NCBI RefSeq assembly: GCF_001625305.1
Contig: NW_017803490.1
Coordinates: 8,155,655-8,219,654 of the forward strand
DNA: 64,000 nt
From: Branchiostoma belcheri
Lineage: Eukaryota
Direction of reading: 5' to 3'
Every line of letters begins with the position of its first letter. Position 1 is the first letter of the stretch. Shown here in pieces: positions 18,317 to 28,989 of this stretch. The position numbers and the translations under genes were made by a program. The notes below the pieces were generated by a model, which was not told the DNA's origin, made no database searches, and saw only the letters and a list, made by a program, of their open reading frames with translations.

Positions 18317-19193
18317 CTGGGGTGGAAAAGGAAAGCAATAAGACTTACATGTAAATAACATCATATTAGACAATAATCAGATTCTGACTAAAGATTTCTC
18401 TAAAGCACTGTACATGTGTACTTACTTGCACTTATTGAGCTCTTTCATGTTGAGTTTCTTCTACTCTACCAACTGTTAATGTATACGTGACTGGTGAACC
18501 TCTTCTACGGTAAATTCTTCTTACTTAAAAAAAAGCATGCATGTCAGGTGAGCGACAACAGCTGGGATTCAACCTCTTGGTCCAGAGGCAGGGTTGCCTC
18601 TAACCCCTTTTTTAGAGGAACAAGAATTTATTGTAGAAGAGGTTCACCAGTCAGGTATAGATTAACAGTTAGTAGAATAGAAGAAACTCAACAGAGAAGA
18701 GCTCAACAAGTGCAATGAAATTATCTGGTGCTTTCCTTTAACTTAAACTAAAGACTTGAAGAACAAACGGAGCAAAACCAAACCCACCCTGTTCTCCCTG
18801 GTGAAACATGGACATGGCCTCCATGTTGAGGGCACAGACACCGCGCATGAACATGTGCAAGTCGGGTGAGTGACAACAGCGGGAATTTGAACTCCCAACC
18901 TTTTGGGTTGCTTAAACCACTGGACTTAGCACACTTTTTTAGAGCAAGAACTTGATATTTGAAGAATAATCAGAGCAAAAATATGTTTAAAGTTAAAATT
19001 TTTGATCCAACACCTCAAGAGCTTTCAACCTGTCAGATACCTTTGACCCAGTTTTGATGTCACACTTCAAAAAAGCTACGTGACAAGCCTCACTGGTACA
19101 GTCTACTGAGGAAGACCTGAGTGACTTTAAACATGTAACTACCAACAGAGACTTTCATGATAGAGCAAAAATATGTTTTCCGTCAATACCGAC

Positions 19194-19344
19194 CCTGTTC
19201 GCCCTGGTGGAACATGGACATGGCCTCCATGTTGAGGGCGCAGACACCACGCATGAACGCTTTTTTCATCGTCTCCTCGTACTGGTCTCGGTCACCGTGG
19301 AGACGGCTTACCTCATTCCGTGCCGCCTCTAGGGCTTCATTCAA
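19194..19344 (-). CDS. POC5: POC5 exon encoding the conserved 'MKKAFMRGVCALNMEAM' motif
   Basis: Acceptor 'ttccctgccctacag|TTGAATGAAGCC'. Encodes LNEALEAARNEVSRLHGDRDQYEETMKKAFMRGVCALNMEAMSMFHQGEQ, which matches the POC5 'DSMKKAFMRGVCALNLEAM' block. The donor is weak (G|gtcggt) and was placed by phase. Confidence 0.55.
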
Positions 19345-19913
19345 CTGTAGGGCAGGGAACAGGGTAAAGAGAATAAATGGCTGCATGTTGTTTAACATGT
19401 CTCTACATTAATTTTACTTAATGGCAAGCTGAAACAATTTGAGTTTGTTAACACTGAAGTCCTTAAAAGAAAGTAAATTGCCCTTTTTCTTGGCAGCATT
19501 TGGTAGACTTTCAGAACTAAATTAATGATTCCACCAAGCTGAACATCAATCTTTGATTTATCATAAAAATTTGATCACGTTCTTATATACCACTAATTCA
19601 TGATCATGATCAGATTCATTGTAAAACTGAAAGAGTTGATTTTAAGTTGTATTTTATTTAATCAAAATTAATATACTGACAAAAAGTGTAGTAGGTCTCT
19701 GGACTACATGTACATACATGAAAGTATAATGTAAGCATGTTGAAACATTGGCTCCCACAGCTGAACAGTAGCCGACCTCACAGAACAACAGCCAAATACA
19801 GCAGACCTTGCTCCCAACCTACTCCTAACCAGGGTTGGGGGGAGTTCGGGGGCCTAATTTGGCTATATGTGACAGGGGCTTGAAGTTGAAGTATAGGTAG
19901 CAGGACTACTTAC

Positions 19914-20093
19914 TGATGATATCCTTGCTTCGTAATCATTAGTCAGTTGCATGCAGACCTCCTGGGCCTTGGCCTGACACGCCCGCTCCACACGTTGCCT
20001 CCACTTGGCCTCGATAACGCCGTGCCAGGCTGACCAGACACGCGCTGAGATCTTCTGTTCATAGTGCTTACGGGCCAGGTTACTCGCAAACGC
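19914..20093 (-). CDS. POC5: POC5 exon
   Basis: Acceptor 'ttttctcccctccccag|GCGTTTGCG'. Donor 'TCATCA|gtaagt'. Encodes AFASNLARKHYEQKISARVWSAWHGVIEAKWRQRVERACQAKAQEVCMQLTNDYEARISS, matching the POC5 '…[30 protein letters not shown]' block. Confidence 0.65.
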
Positions 20094-20169
20094 CTGGGGA
20101 GGGGAGAAAATAGTGCAGTGTTAGAAATACCCATCTGCAGTCTGCATTTTTCAAAGACATTTTCAATAT

Positions 20170-20500
20170 TCAATATATAGAAGTCCAAATACTACGTAAG
20201 TGTTAATGGGCGTAAAATCCCCTCCTAGCTCTGATTGGCGGATGTTCTTCCGGCAATGAGATATAGGAGGTTACCATGTAATCTTATCTTTCAAATAGCT
20301 CTGTTAGCATTTAATTTAACATTTTAATGTCTTGGGGTGGTGGGACTACGGTGCACAGATATGTCAACTTTGTATATTTAAATGTTAATTGTACCTTTTT
20401 TGTTGTGTGGCGCTGTTAATATAAGTTGTTAACTTGAGTGCATCGTCACACTGTCCTTGTTATGTCTTTATGTTTTGATGAATGAAAAAAAAATATATTG
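20170..20500 (+). repeat. Dispersed repeat of about 330 bp. An inverted copy lies at 36600-36930, about 95% identical.
   Basis: 'gtccaaatactacgtaagtgttaatgggcg…ctctgattggcggatgttcttccggcaatgagatataggaggttaccatgtaatcttatctt…' matches the reverse complement of 36600-36930 almost base for base. Confidence 0.8.
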
Positions 20501-21161
20501 CAGGAAGAAACATTAAGCAACCTGCAATTCTGTAAACTGAAAAAATCAGACTATCCAGAACCATTCCTGACCATGATTCTGAAGAAAGCACGATTTTCGA
20601 TATGTGTGAACTAGAGCTGTGTACCTAAACAAATTTTAGGTACAGGTACAGGTACACAGGTTTAGGTACAGGTCCGGACCTGAACCTGTACCTGAACAAT
20701 TCGACCAGTGTATATGCTCTTCTGAACTCCTGTAATAACTAGAAAAACATTGATATAGGTTTAATTTTTGTTTATGGAGAATGTTCAGATAAAATACAGG
20801 TAAAAGTAAAGATGTTTTTGTTTTCATGAACACACAGGGACCCATTGTTAACCAGCTATTTACACATTTGAGGTCACAAATAGGCATAAAATTGGTGTGA
20901 AATTGTTTAGGTACAGTACCGGTACTGAGGGATTAGGTATTTTGGACCTGTACCTAATCAATTTTTCCGGTACAGTATCGGTACTGCGTACCGGTACACA
21001 GCTCTAGTGTGAACCCAGAATATTATCTGAGCATGGTTTCTAAATATACCGGTAACAAATTTTATGGATAAGGATACAACATGCAGCATATGGATACAAA
21101 AGTTGCAACGTATGGCGACAAAAATTGCAACACAATTCTGGATATGCCACAGATTTCTCAC

Positions 21162-21360
21162 CTCCCTCCTCTCGTCAGCGTGTCGCAGCTTCCACTGCAC
21201 CATGGCCCGCAGCATGTCAAACTTTTCCTTCTGTCTCTGCAGCGCCTGTGTGAGGTTAGAGATGACCTGGTCCTTCCGCTGGATGGACTGCTCGTACGTG
21301 TGGAGTAGCTCTTTTAGGCTCTCTATCTCGTTCTGCAGCTGGCTCACCTCTCGGGCATGT
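21162..21360 (-). CDS. POC5: POC5 exon (coiled-coil)
   Basis: Acceptor 'ttttttag|ACATGCC'. Donor 'GGGAG|gtgaga'. Encodes HAREVSQLQNEIESLKELLHTYEQSIQRKDQVISNLTQALQRQKEKFDMLRAMVQWKLRHADERRE, compared with POC5 '[47 protein letters not shown]'. Confidence 0.65.
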
Positions 21361-21753
21361 CTAAAAAATGTTTAACATCGTGACCAATTAACAGTCTCAC
21401 ACACACACACCGCTTCCAAAAGAATGAGATCTCAGTCTACTAACGGAGGGCATGTTCAGCACCAAGGACAGTGCACAGTTGCCACAAGGAAATTCCAGTC
21501 ATGGCACTGCAACATGATTTCATAGGCTGCTACAAATTTCCCAGTGAACAATTACTGTATGGATAAATTGTGTTGACTCATTCTTACATGACAAATTCAA
21601 TTCCCAGTCCGTCTGTCAATGTCCCTTCTCTATCTGCTCAGACTAACACCCACCAATACCCGCAATTGTGAAACCTCACGTTCCTGACAACCATTAATCT
21701 TTGTGCTACAATGTACTTCTATAAGAAAATGTGAATTACACATAATAATTTAC

Positions 21754-21824
21754 CTTTCCTGCTCTGCCCTCATTTCAAGTCGGTGTCTCTCGATCAGAGC
21801 AATCTTGGCCTGCGTAAACTCAGC
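21754..21824 (-). CDS. POC5: POC5 exon
   Basis: Acceptor 'ctgccaccag|GCTGAG'. Donor 'GGAAAG|gtaaat'. Encodes AEFTQAKIALIERHRLEMRAEQE, compared with POC5 '…WHRMEMRKEKEK'. The phase links exactly to the next exon. Confidence 0.55.
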
Positions 21825-22018
21825 CTGGTGGCAGAATGAAGTATGATAAGACATAAAATATTAAAACAATTGTTTAATTCATGCAGGTCAGAAATTACTG
21901 CGCAAATCTGTTGCAGTGTACTGTTCTTCAGTTTGTTGAATTTCTCTTGAGGAATCTGCACTATATTTCAAACATGGCTAAAACAAACTGACATCCAGGC
22001 TGCAGGGGCATGCGAAGC

Positions 22019-22153
22019 TGAGTGAGTTAGTGAGTGAGTGAGTGAGTGAGTGAGTGAGTGAGTGAGTGAGGGAGTGAGTGGGTGAGAGTGATTGAGTGAG
22101 TGTGAGTGAGTGAGTGAGTGAGTGAGTGAGTGAGTGAGTGAGTGAGTGAGTGA
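22019..22153. repeat. (GAGT)n microsatellite
   Basis: Seen directly. Confidence 0.95.
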
Positions 22154-22384
22154 GTGAGCAACTGCGATAGACTTGACACCAGGTTAGAGTCCCTTACCAG
22201 TATACCCCTCTTGAGGTCCAGTGCCCAGTTGTCCAGATGTGCCTCTATCCTGGCCACAATATTGTGGTACATCAAGGCTTAAACTCCTGTCATTAAAGAC
22301 CTACTGGGAAACCTAGCTGTATTCGGCAGGGAAGAGAACCCATCCCAACTACAATAGACTGGACACCAGGTTAGAGTCCCTTAC

Positions 22385-22581
22385 CAGAACGCCCCTCTTG
22401 AGGTCCAGTGCCCAGTTGTCCAGATGTGCCTCTATCCTGGCCACATCCTGGTCCACAGCCGGCGACGCCGCTGACCGCTCGCTGTACGGAGAACATTCGC
22501 TGACCGTCGACGATTCTTCGCTCTGTGGCGTCTCGGGCGGAGCCACATCAGTGGAGCGTATGGAGAGGCCTGGGGTGATAG
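22385..22581 (-). CDS. POC5: POC5 exon
   Basis: Acceptor 'atttccccaactgcag|CTATCACC'. Donor 'GTTCTG|gtaagg'. Encodes a Ser/Pro-rich segment ending …DVARIEAHLDNWALDLKRGVL. Confidence 0.55.
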
Positions 22582-23408
22582 CTGCAGTTGGGGAAATAAT
22601 GCAGAAATAATACAGAATGTGAGTTAGTATAGAGGCTCCACCTAGCAACTTTGAATTGAACTGAACCATCAGTACTTGTCTTCCTTTTAATGCCCACGAT
22701 CATCATTCATACTGATCATTCTGGCATGCCAATTCTTGGCAAGACTCGGGATTGTAGAACAGCCCATGGACAGGTCAGGGGTTAACAGAGCAACTTGCCA
22801 TTGGGATGGCATACATGTACATACATGTATGTACGACTAATAAGCACCTAATAAAAGGAAAACACACCTGCTAAAGCAAAGCAAACAATGTATAAGGCTA
22901 AGGCATTGAAGATCCTATATGTAAATACTACCGTAACGAACCTGAATGGGTTTATTTTAAGACAGTGTCGAAATGGGACTTTCCGTACACGTCAGTCACC
23001 TGATATGCAAACTATTCTGAGTATTCAACAACTTCAATGCCAAGGTATGTCATGTTTCAAGGCTTGCAATATGACAACACTGGAAAAGCTGGTTTGCCCC
23101 ATTAGCATGTGTTTGTTATGCAATGGCACTGCATGGGTGACCTGTTAGCTATGCAACAAAGCCAGGGTCTTTTATCATTCCTTGACTGAGGCGGTAAACC
23201 GTTATCTTACACACGTCCGTGACGCTTATATGGTTCCGAAGTTTGCTTACTTTGCTTTGCTCAATGTTTAACTGAATTCTTGTCTTGGACAACTTCTGGC
23301 CAAACAACTTCTGTTCGCACCTGTAGGAACTGCAAATATAATTAGATTCACCCCTGCCACTGGACTGAGTAACAAAGTTAACGCAGAAGGAAGTAAGCAG
23401 AAAACAAA

Positions 23409-23585
23409 ATGGATGCAGCTTTCAAGAACTCACAAAACCACCTTGGTGAGGACTGGTTACACTTGGCTTTATATCTGGAACTGGGCTTTGTGAACATACA
23501 GCAAATCCGGAGAGAGAAAACCTTGACATGGCAAGTGGTGTCATTTTACTGGGCAAACAACTTCAACCCAACAGAGGAGTGAGTC
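23409..23585 (+). other. Upstream ORF (58 codons) in the gene E leader. It encodes a degenerate death-domain N-terminal fragment (MDAAFKNSQNHLGEDWLHLALYLELGFVNIQQIRREKT…), then the conserved 'FYWANNFNPTEE' leader, then TGA.
   Basis: Read directly from the sequence. It resembles the DD start 'ELDAAFDILQSELGEEWTQLALELGLKYN' of the main ORF, 43 nt downstream. Confidence 0.4.
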
Positions 23586-23627
23586 AGCAGGGAATATATT
23601 TCACTTAGTCTACAAGACTACGGCAAG

Positions 23628-25856
23628 ATGGCGACCGGAGGTAACACAGAGCCAGAGTTGGACGCAGCTTTTGACATTCTACAGTCAGAGCTGGGGGAGG
23701 AATGGACACAGCTTGCCTTAGAATTAGGGCTGAAGTACAACATTGTCGAGGAAATGGTTACTAAGAGTCCGACAATTCACCTGATATGGCGGAACCGTAC
23801 CATGCTGGAAAAATGGAGGCAACAAGAAGGAAAGCAGGCGACAGTACAGGAACTACTGCTTGCTTTGAAGAAGATAAAAAGACAAGACCTCGTGGATAGA
23901 CTGAAAGACAAGTACACATATCTACAGGATGCTGATCCACAACTCAACACAGACGTCACTGAAAAGTGTCGAGTTGTTGAGACGGTGACGCCTCCGTTAT
24001 CGGATATTTCTACAGGATTCTCGAGTTCACCGCCTAAACAATACTCCACAGAAGAGAGGGTCTTAAAATCTAGCCCACGATCAAAGCAAAGCGTGATTGA
24101 AAATACCCCATCAGTTCCATCTACTGCCACAAGCTCATCGCATTCGTCTGAATCATCTAAAGGCACAAAAAACTTGAGAGTCAAGAAGAAAACTGGTAAG
24201 AAAACAAAAAAGGGCACTAAAGGAAAACAGAGTCAACAAAGTGACAGACATTCGAGCGACCCGAAATTCGTACTGAATGCAGTTAGTAGCATGCAGCTTG
24301 CAAGGGAAAGGCTTAGGAAATGCTACTATCTTGTGGTAGAATCGTCTGCTCGGGAAGAAATTTTGGATACGATTTTACAAATTGATGATAGTAGTCTAGA
24401 CTTGTGCAAGGAATTCATCAGTAAACAATGTAAAGATTTCGATACTGGTAAAACATGGAAATCTTCAATCTATGTACAGATGTTTCCCAAAACTGCCGAA
24501 AGCATCAGCGAATTAAACAGGTACCAAGAAAGTGGCAAGCTGACTGCTGACTTACAGGCAGAGTTTAAAAACATTGGGCTCAAGTGTCCCTTAGACTTAG
24601 AGGTGAAAATTCTGACAATGGAAGAGCTTGAAGAAGAAGTGTCAGAGATAGTGGAGGAAGCTATGGACGTCTTTGTGTTGTCAGTAACCCAGGAAACAGA
24701 TGAAGACTCAGAGGAGTGTACACAAACGCAGGAAACAGATGAAGAATCGTCACAAACCTACGAGGAACTGAGAGACACCTGGAGAGATGCGCTGTTAAGG
24801 ATAACAGCCTGGACAGGTGATGAAGACAAGGTGAAGACCCTGCTACAGGCAGGTGTACAGGTGAACACAGAGAACTCCGAGGGAGAAACACCGCTCTGGG
24901 ATGCAGTGAAGGGCGGACATGCTAACATCGTTACACTTCTGTTGCAGGCTGGAGCAAATCCAGACATGGTTGACGCGAATGGCTCTACTCCACTTCTCCA
25001 TGCTACTTCTCTTGGGTACCTGGAAGTGTGCAGGACACTTGTGTGTGGCGGTGCGGATGTCAACATGGCAGATACAAAACTAACACAAACACCCCTTCGG
25101 ATAGCTATAGAGAAGTCTGACTGGCTGATGCTGACTACGCTTATCCGCCCAGCCAAACACTCATGCGCCAATGACAATGTAAATAAACCTCTGGGTACGT
25201 TTGGTGGCAGCCCGCTCTCTTTGTCTGTTAAAAAGCTCACAGACTTTGAAAAAGGCATTGACACTGAGTCTTCCATGGTAGAGTGCAGGCGTGAGTGGTA
25301 CGAGGAATGGTGTGATCACGTCAGAATTTTCGAGATTTTGTGCAGAGCTGGAGCTAAGAATAAGATTGACTCTACCGACAGACTTGGCCACACATTACTG
25401 CAGTCTGCCTGCAAAGAAGGTTGTGCGATGACAGCAAAACTACTGCTAGACAACGGGGCAGACCGTGACAAACAGGACGACAAAGGTAGAACTCCGATTT
25501 GGGTGGCAGCTTGGCAGGGACACGCAGAGATTGTTAGCGCTTTGATACAAGAAGGTGCTGATTTAAACAAAGCGGACACAGAAAAAAAGACACCGTTGTG
25601 GATAGCTGCAAGAAAAGGGCATGCAAAAGTTGTTAAGACACTTATTGAAGCAGGGGCAGACATTTCTTTACGGGACAACACTGGTATGACCCCACTCCGT
25701 GCTGCTACTAAAAGTAGGCAGATGAATCGGCATGCTGTTGTCTCAATGCTTGTGAAAGCTGCTAGAAGAAAACCATGTGTAGAGAGAGTTAGAAAGACAA
25801 GTTCCAGGGAAAAGTCACCTGGTTATCATACTACTGAGGACTTTGAATATGGCTGA
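23628..25856 (+). CDS. Gene E. A 742-aa DD-ANK paralogue on the opposite strand. Same DD, linker, module and acidic architecture, but a diverged C-terminal ankyrin region that is interrupted.
   Basis: Track ORF MATGGNTEPELDAAFDILQSELGEEWTQLALELGLKYNIVEEMVTKSPTIHLIWRNRTMLEKWRQQEGKQATV… The module (FVLNAVSSMQLARERLRKCYYLVVESSAREEILDTILQIDDSSLDLCKEF…) and the YEELRDTWRDALLRITAWTGDEDKVKTLLQAGVQVN motif are nearly identical to gene B. ANK repeats (GRTPIWVAAWQGHAEIVSALIQEGADLNKAD…). Confidence 0.85.
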   Translation: MATGGNTEPELDAAFDILQSELGEEWTQLALELGLKYNIVEEMVTKSPTIHLIWRNRTMLEKWRQQEGKQATVQELLLALKKIKRQDLVDRLKDKYTYLQDADPQLNTDVTEKCRVVETVTPPLSDISTGFSSSPPKQYSTEERVLKSSPRSKQSVIENTPSVPSTATSSSHSSESSKGTKNLRVKKKTGKKTKKGTKGKQSQQSDRHSSDPKFVLNAVSSMQLARERLRKCYYLVVESSAREEILDTILQIDDSSLDLCKEFISKQCKDFDTGKTWKSSIYVQMFPKTAESISELNRYQESGKLTADLQAEFKNIGLKCPLDLEVKILTMEELEEEVSEIVEEAMDVFVLSVTQETDEDSEECTQTQETDEESSQTYEELRDTWRDALLRITAWTGDEDKVKTLLQAGVQVNTENSEGETPLWDAVKGGHANIVTLLLQAGANPDMVDANGSTPLLHATSLGYLEVCRTLVCGGADVNMADTKLTQTPLRIAIEKSDWLMLTTLIRPAKHSCANDNVNKPLGTFGGSPLSLSVKKLTDFEKGIDTESSMVECRREWYEEWCDHVRIFEILCRAGAKNKIDSTDRLGHTLLQSACKEGCAMTAKLLLDNGADRDKQDDKGRTPIWVAAWQGHAEIVSALIQEGADLNKADTEKKTPLWIAARKGHAKVVKTLIEAGADISLRDNTGMTPLRAATKSRQMNRHAVVSMLVKAARRKPCVERVRKTSSREKSPGYHTTEDFEYG

Positions 25857-26348
25857 TAATCTTGATATCTGGGCTGGAAATACTGGGTTCATTTTATGTA
25901 TATTTTATATATATATATTTTATGTACTTTTGTGCACCGGGTTCTGAAATTGCCACAGAGTGCAAATACCAGTAATTTGCCTGTGGGTGCATCCTACACC
26001 ATGTAGATATTTGCGTACTTGTAGTAGTAGTAGGGTTATATATGTATTACACTGAATAATTGTGAAATTAAACATTGTGTTTTGCAGCCATTTTGAAGAT
26101 AGTTTCCCTTATTATGACGTCTTACTACATTTTGTAATTGTAGTATTAATATTCGTAAGAATGGTAGAAACATTAGTGAGTGGTTTAGAATCTAAGATAA
26201 AGATGAAATAAAACTCCTACAATAAGATTATAACTTAAGGTAATAATTAAAAAAGGTACACATGTACTAGATACACAGCCTTACAACAAGTTACATGCAC
26301 TACTACTACTACGTATGTCAAAGAATCTTGGCCATCTATGTAGCTCAC

Positions 26349-26513
26349 CTGACACCCGAGGTTGCCCAGGGGTTGCCCCGGGTGAAGTGAGGAATGCTGG
26401 GAGACTGGTGGGGCGCTGGGGCTGGGGTGCGCCGGGCTGCGGCAGGGTCAGGTCTTCCCTCCGCAGGGCCTTCATCTCTTCCACCCTTCTCGCTGTGGCT
26501 CCTTCTGAACTCT
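26349..26513 (-). CDS. POC5: POC5 exon
   Basis: Donor 'GTGTCAG|gtgagc'. Acceptor 'gtgactacag|AGAGTTC'. The frame matches track ORF 26281..26523 (…SSEGATARRVEEMKALRREDLTLPQPGAPQP…). Phase is consistent with its neighbours. Confidence 0.5.
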
Positions 26514-26978
26514 CTGTAGTCACTATACATACATTTCACAATGAACAATGATTAATTAACTTTTTATTAAGTTGTTAAATCTTGACACTTTTGCAGTGGT
26601 TTTAATTTTGTAATGAAAAGTACTGAAAGTTTATTCATTAATGGAGCATTTTTGAAGTGTAATCTCCCACATAACAATTCGCACTGACCCCTTCACCATG
26701 AATTCAAATTATTTCTTAATTTGGATTCAAAGGAAACAGAATTTGAGGACTAGCCAAAATTGTAAAATGTAAAATGATATCTGGGTAGAGACTACAATCT
26801 GCTTTAGTAAAATCAGTGATTCTTCTGGTCTTTGTCGACAGAAACTGTCTGTTTATATGCTGTTAATGCGAACTACAAATCCTAAATTTCAAGTCAATCC
26901 TATGATCTATTTAGTGACATGAATCAATGAGATATTTACCAAGTCTCTATCAGTCAGTATCAGTACAGGTAAGCTCAC

Positions 26979-27076
26979 CTGATGACTCATCATACAGCCT
27001 GGCCTGGGTGCCTGTGTTGACCTCTGACCTCTCATCTTCTATGCCACTGATTTCCTCAATGGGTCTGGGAAGAAGG
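26979..27076 (-). CDS. POC5: POC5 exon
   Basis: Acceptor 'ttgtccacctcag|CCTTCTTCC'. Donor 'TCATCAG|gtgagc'. Phase 2 to phase 1, consistent with exons 1 and 3. Confidence 0.5.
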
Positions 27077-27568
27077 CTGAGGTGGACAAAGGGTGGGGGA
27101 GAGAAGATACATGTCAGAAAATAATTTTATCAGGTTGGTAGACTGTAGAGCATGATATTGATAGGATATACATTGCCACTGCCATTATATTGGGGCAGTT
27201 TTTCCTTTACTAAACCAGTAATGTCTCTCACCTGCTTGTGTTTTCTACCTACAATACATCAGCTACATGTACTATGATATAGCAGGTCATTTCCACACGA
27301 CTGTCAAGATGGAAGGATGCCTACTTCTATATCATACCCAAATTGTGTACCTGTGAGACTGGACCGCCAAACATGTACACTAGGTTACAGTAAAGGCAAA
27401 CCTGGGGCCAATATTATTCTTACTAGGAGTGACCACGGCAAGTATCAGTGCTCAGCTCCTTGTACTCTGGTGAGCTGTGCTACACAAACAAGTCAAAAGT
27501 TCAAGAAAGTAAAAAAATCTATAGATTTTTACAATTTTTTTTAGACACAGATTACAGTAGAGACAAAC

Positions 27569-27705
27569 CTTGGATCAATCTTAGGCGTGACCACGGCATA
27601 TCTAAGCAGCTCTTCATACTCCTCCTGCATGCCTGTAGACACGGAGCTACCGGGAGAGTCTGACGGCACCGACGGGACGTTACTGTCGTTGGAACTACTG
27701 GACAT
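27569..27705 (-). CDS. POC5: POC5 first coding exon (start codon at 27705)
   Basis: Encodes [45 protein letters not shown], which strongly matches the POC5 N-terminal '[20 protein letters not shown]' motif. Donor 'CCAAG|gtttgt'. A 3' splice site 'ccctcctacag|TGTCCGCGATG' lies 8 nt upstream of the ATG, implying an upstream non-coding exon. Confidence 0.65.
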
Positions 27706-28366
27706 CGCGGACACTGTAGGAGGGCCTGTGTAATATTATTATTACTAATAGTAGATATAGTAGATCACTTAAACAACTTAGGAGCAGTCACAGTACCCTA
27801 GGGGTGGGGGTACCTGCCAACTGATTTATCATAATTTATATAAATGGTGAGGCTTGAGTTATGTTGATTTGGGCGGCTGCCTTCGTACTACGAATAATTT
27901 TCTGATTCGAAAACTTGAAGTCCTGAAAATGCATATGGCATGCCGGGCCTTGCAGCTTTGATACAAGATATTAAAAACCAATAATTCGTACATTAGTACT
28001 AGACTCTAGAGTACGAACTACTAGTATAGTACAATCTTTGGTCGGGTAAATAAGGACTGACATTTAGTTTTGACGTTTGTAGCTGCTATATTTGTACACT
28101 GCCAAACGTTAACAATGACAGCATGTTAACTTGGTCAACTGGCATATAGTATTTTCAGTTGAATGCTTTAGCATCAGTATTACATGATATTGAATGTCAT
28201 AACAATTTTACCGAGCCAAAACAACAAAAATTTACCCACCTGCTAAACGTAGCCCCCCTCCCCCTTACAGTTACTAACAGTTTGCTTCTATTTTCTCCTT
28301 TGTGCGAACACATTACAAACCCAAACATCCATGAAAGAACTACTAAAAACATATAACGTCTCCTAC

Positions 28367-28445
28367 CTTCACTTTTTCCTCAGAAATCGCGTTTAAAAGA
28401 GAGAAAATGTCGCAAAAAGTGAAGAAAACAAACGCTTCCGCGTTT
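28367..28445 (-). other. POC5: Putative non-coding first exon (5'UTR) of POC5. It ends at donor 'GTGAAG|gtagga' and would splice to the acceptor at 27713. The TSS position is not determined.
   Basis: A donor-like GTAGGA lies immediately downstream (minus strand) of a CCAAT-box promoter. A matching acceptor lies immediately upstream of the ATG. This is inference. Confidence 0.3.
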
Positions 28446-28560
28446 TGGCGACTTCAAAATTATCTTCCGGTGTCCGGAGGCTCCTGATTGGCTGCTGAGC
28501 CGATCTGCGCGTCTGATTGGTCAGACTAAGGTCTCGCGATATGTCACTTTGGCGAGACTT
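28440..28560 (-). promoter_or_regulatory. TATA-less promoter with two inverted CCAAT boxes (CTGATTGG at 28484-28491 and 28513-28520) in a CpG-rich patch. Probably the POC5 promoter.
   Basis: Two ATTGG/CCAAT motifs (NF-Y type) spaced about 29 bp apart. CpG-rich 'cgcgtttt…ccggtgtccggagg…cgatctgcgcg…ctcgcgat'. Located 0.7-0.8 kb upstream of the POC5 ATG. Confidence 0.4.
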
Positions 28561-28989
28561 GGCGAGAGTCAAACCTTTTCACATTCCCATGATGCATAGC
28601 GACAAGGGGTAGAATCTCCCAGGTTGCATAGCGCAAGGATGACGGAACAAAAACAAACTTTTGGCGTTTACAGTTTGATTTTCTGTGTGTTTTGGCGTCT
28701 TGGGGCATTTTGTGTTCAAAAATACAATCCAACAACAATTAGTGTGTAAAATTCTTGTGGTTTATAGACTTCTATAGACGTTTACAAACCACAAGAAGTT
28801 CACACCATATTTTTTAGACAGGTAGACGTTACAGGTGTTTATCGTTGAAGAGGTTCATCAGTCACGTAGAATTAACAGTTAGTAGAAATTCACTGATCGA
28901 AGAATTTCTACGAACTACAGGTGTTTAATGTTTTTATACCATACTTTTCGTTCCCGGGACTTATATGTCTCCAACGGGCATGAGACGAC

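Noticed and set aside
23409-23640. A 30-nt intron (GTGAGT…TTAG) that would splice the uORF in frame to the gene E main ORF.
   Set aside because: An intron of 30 nt is below the usual minimal size. It is more parsimoniously a uORF or a relic.
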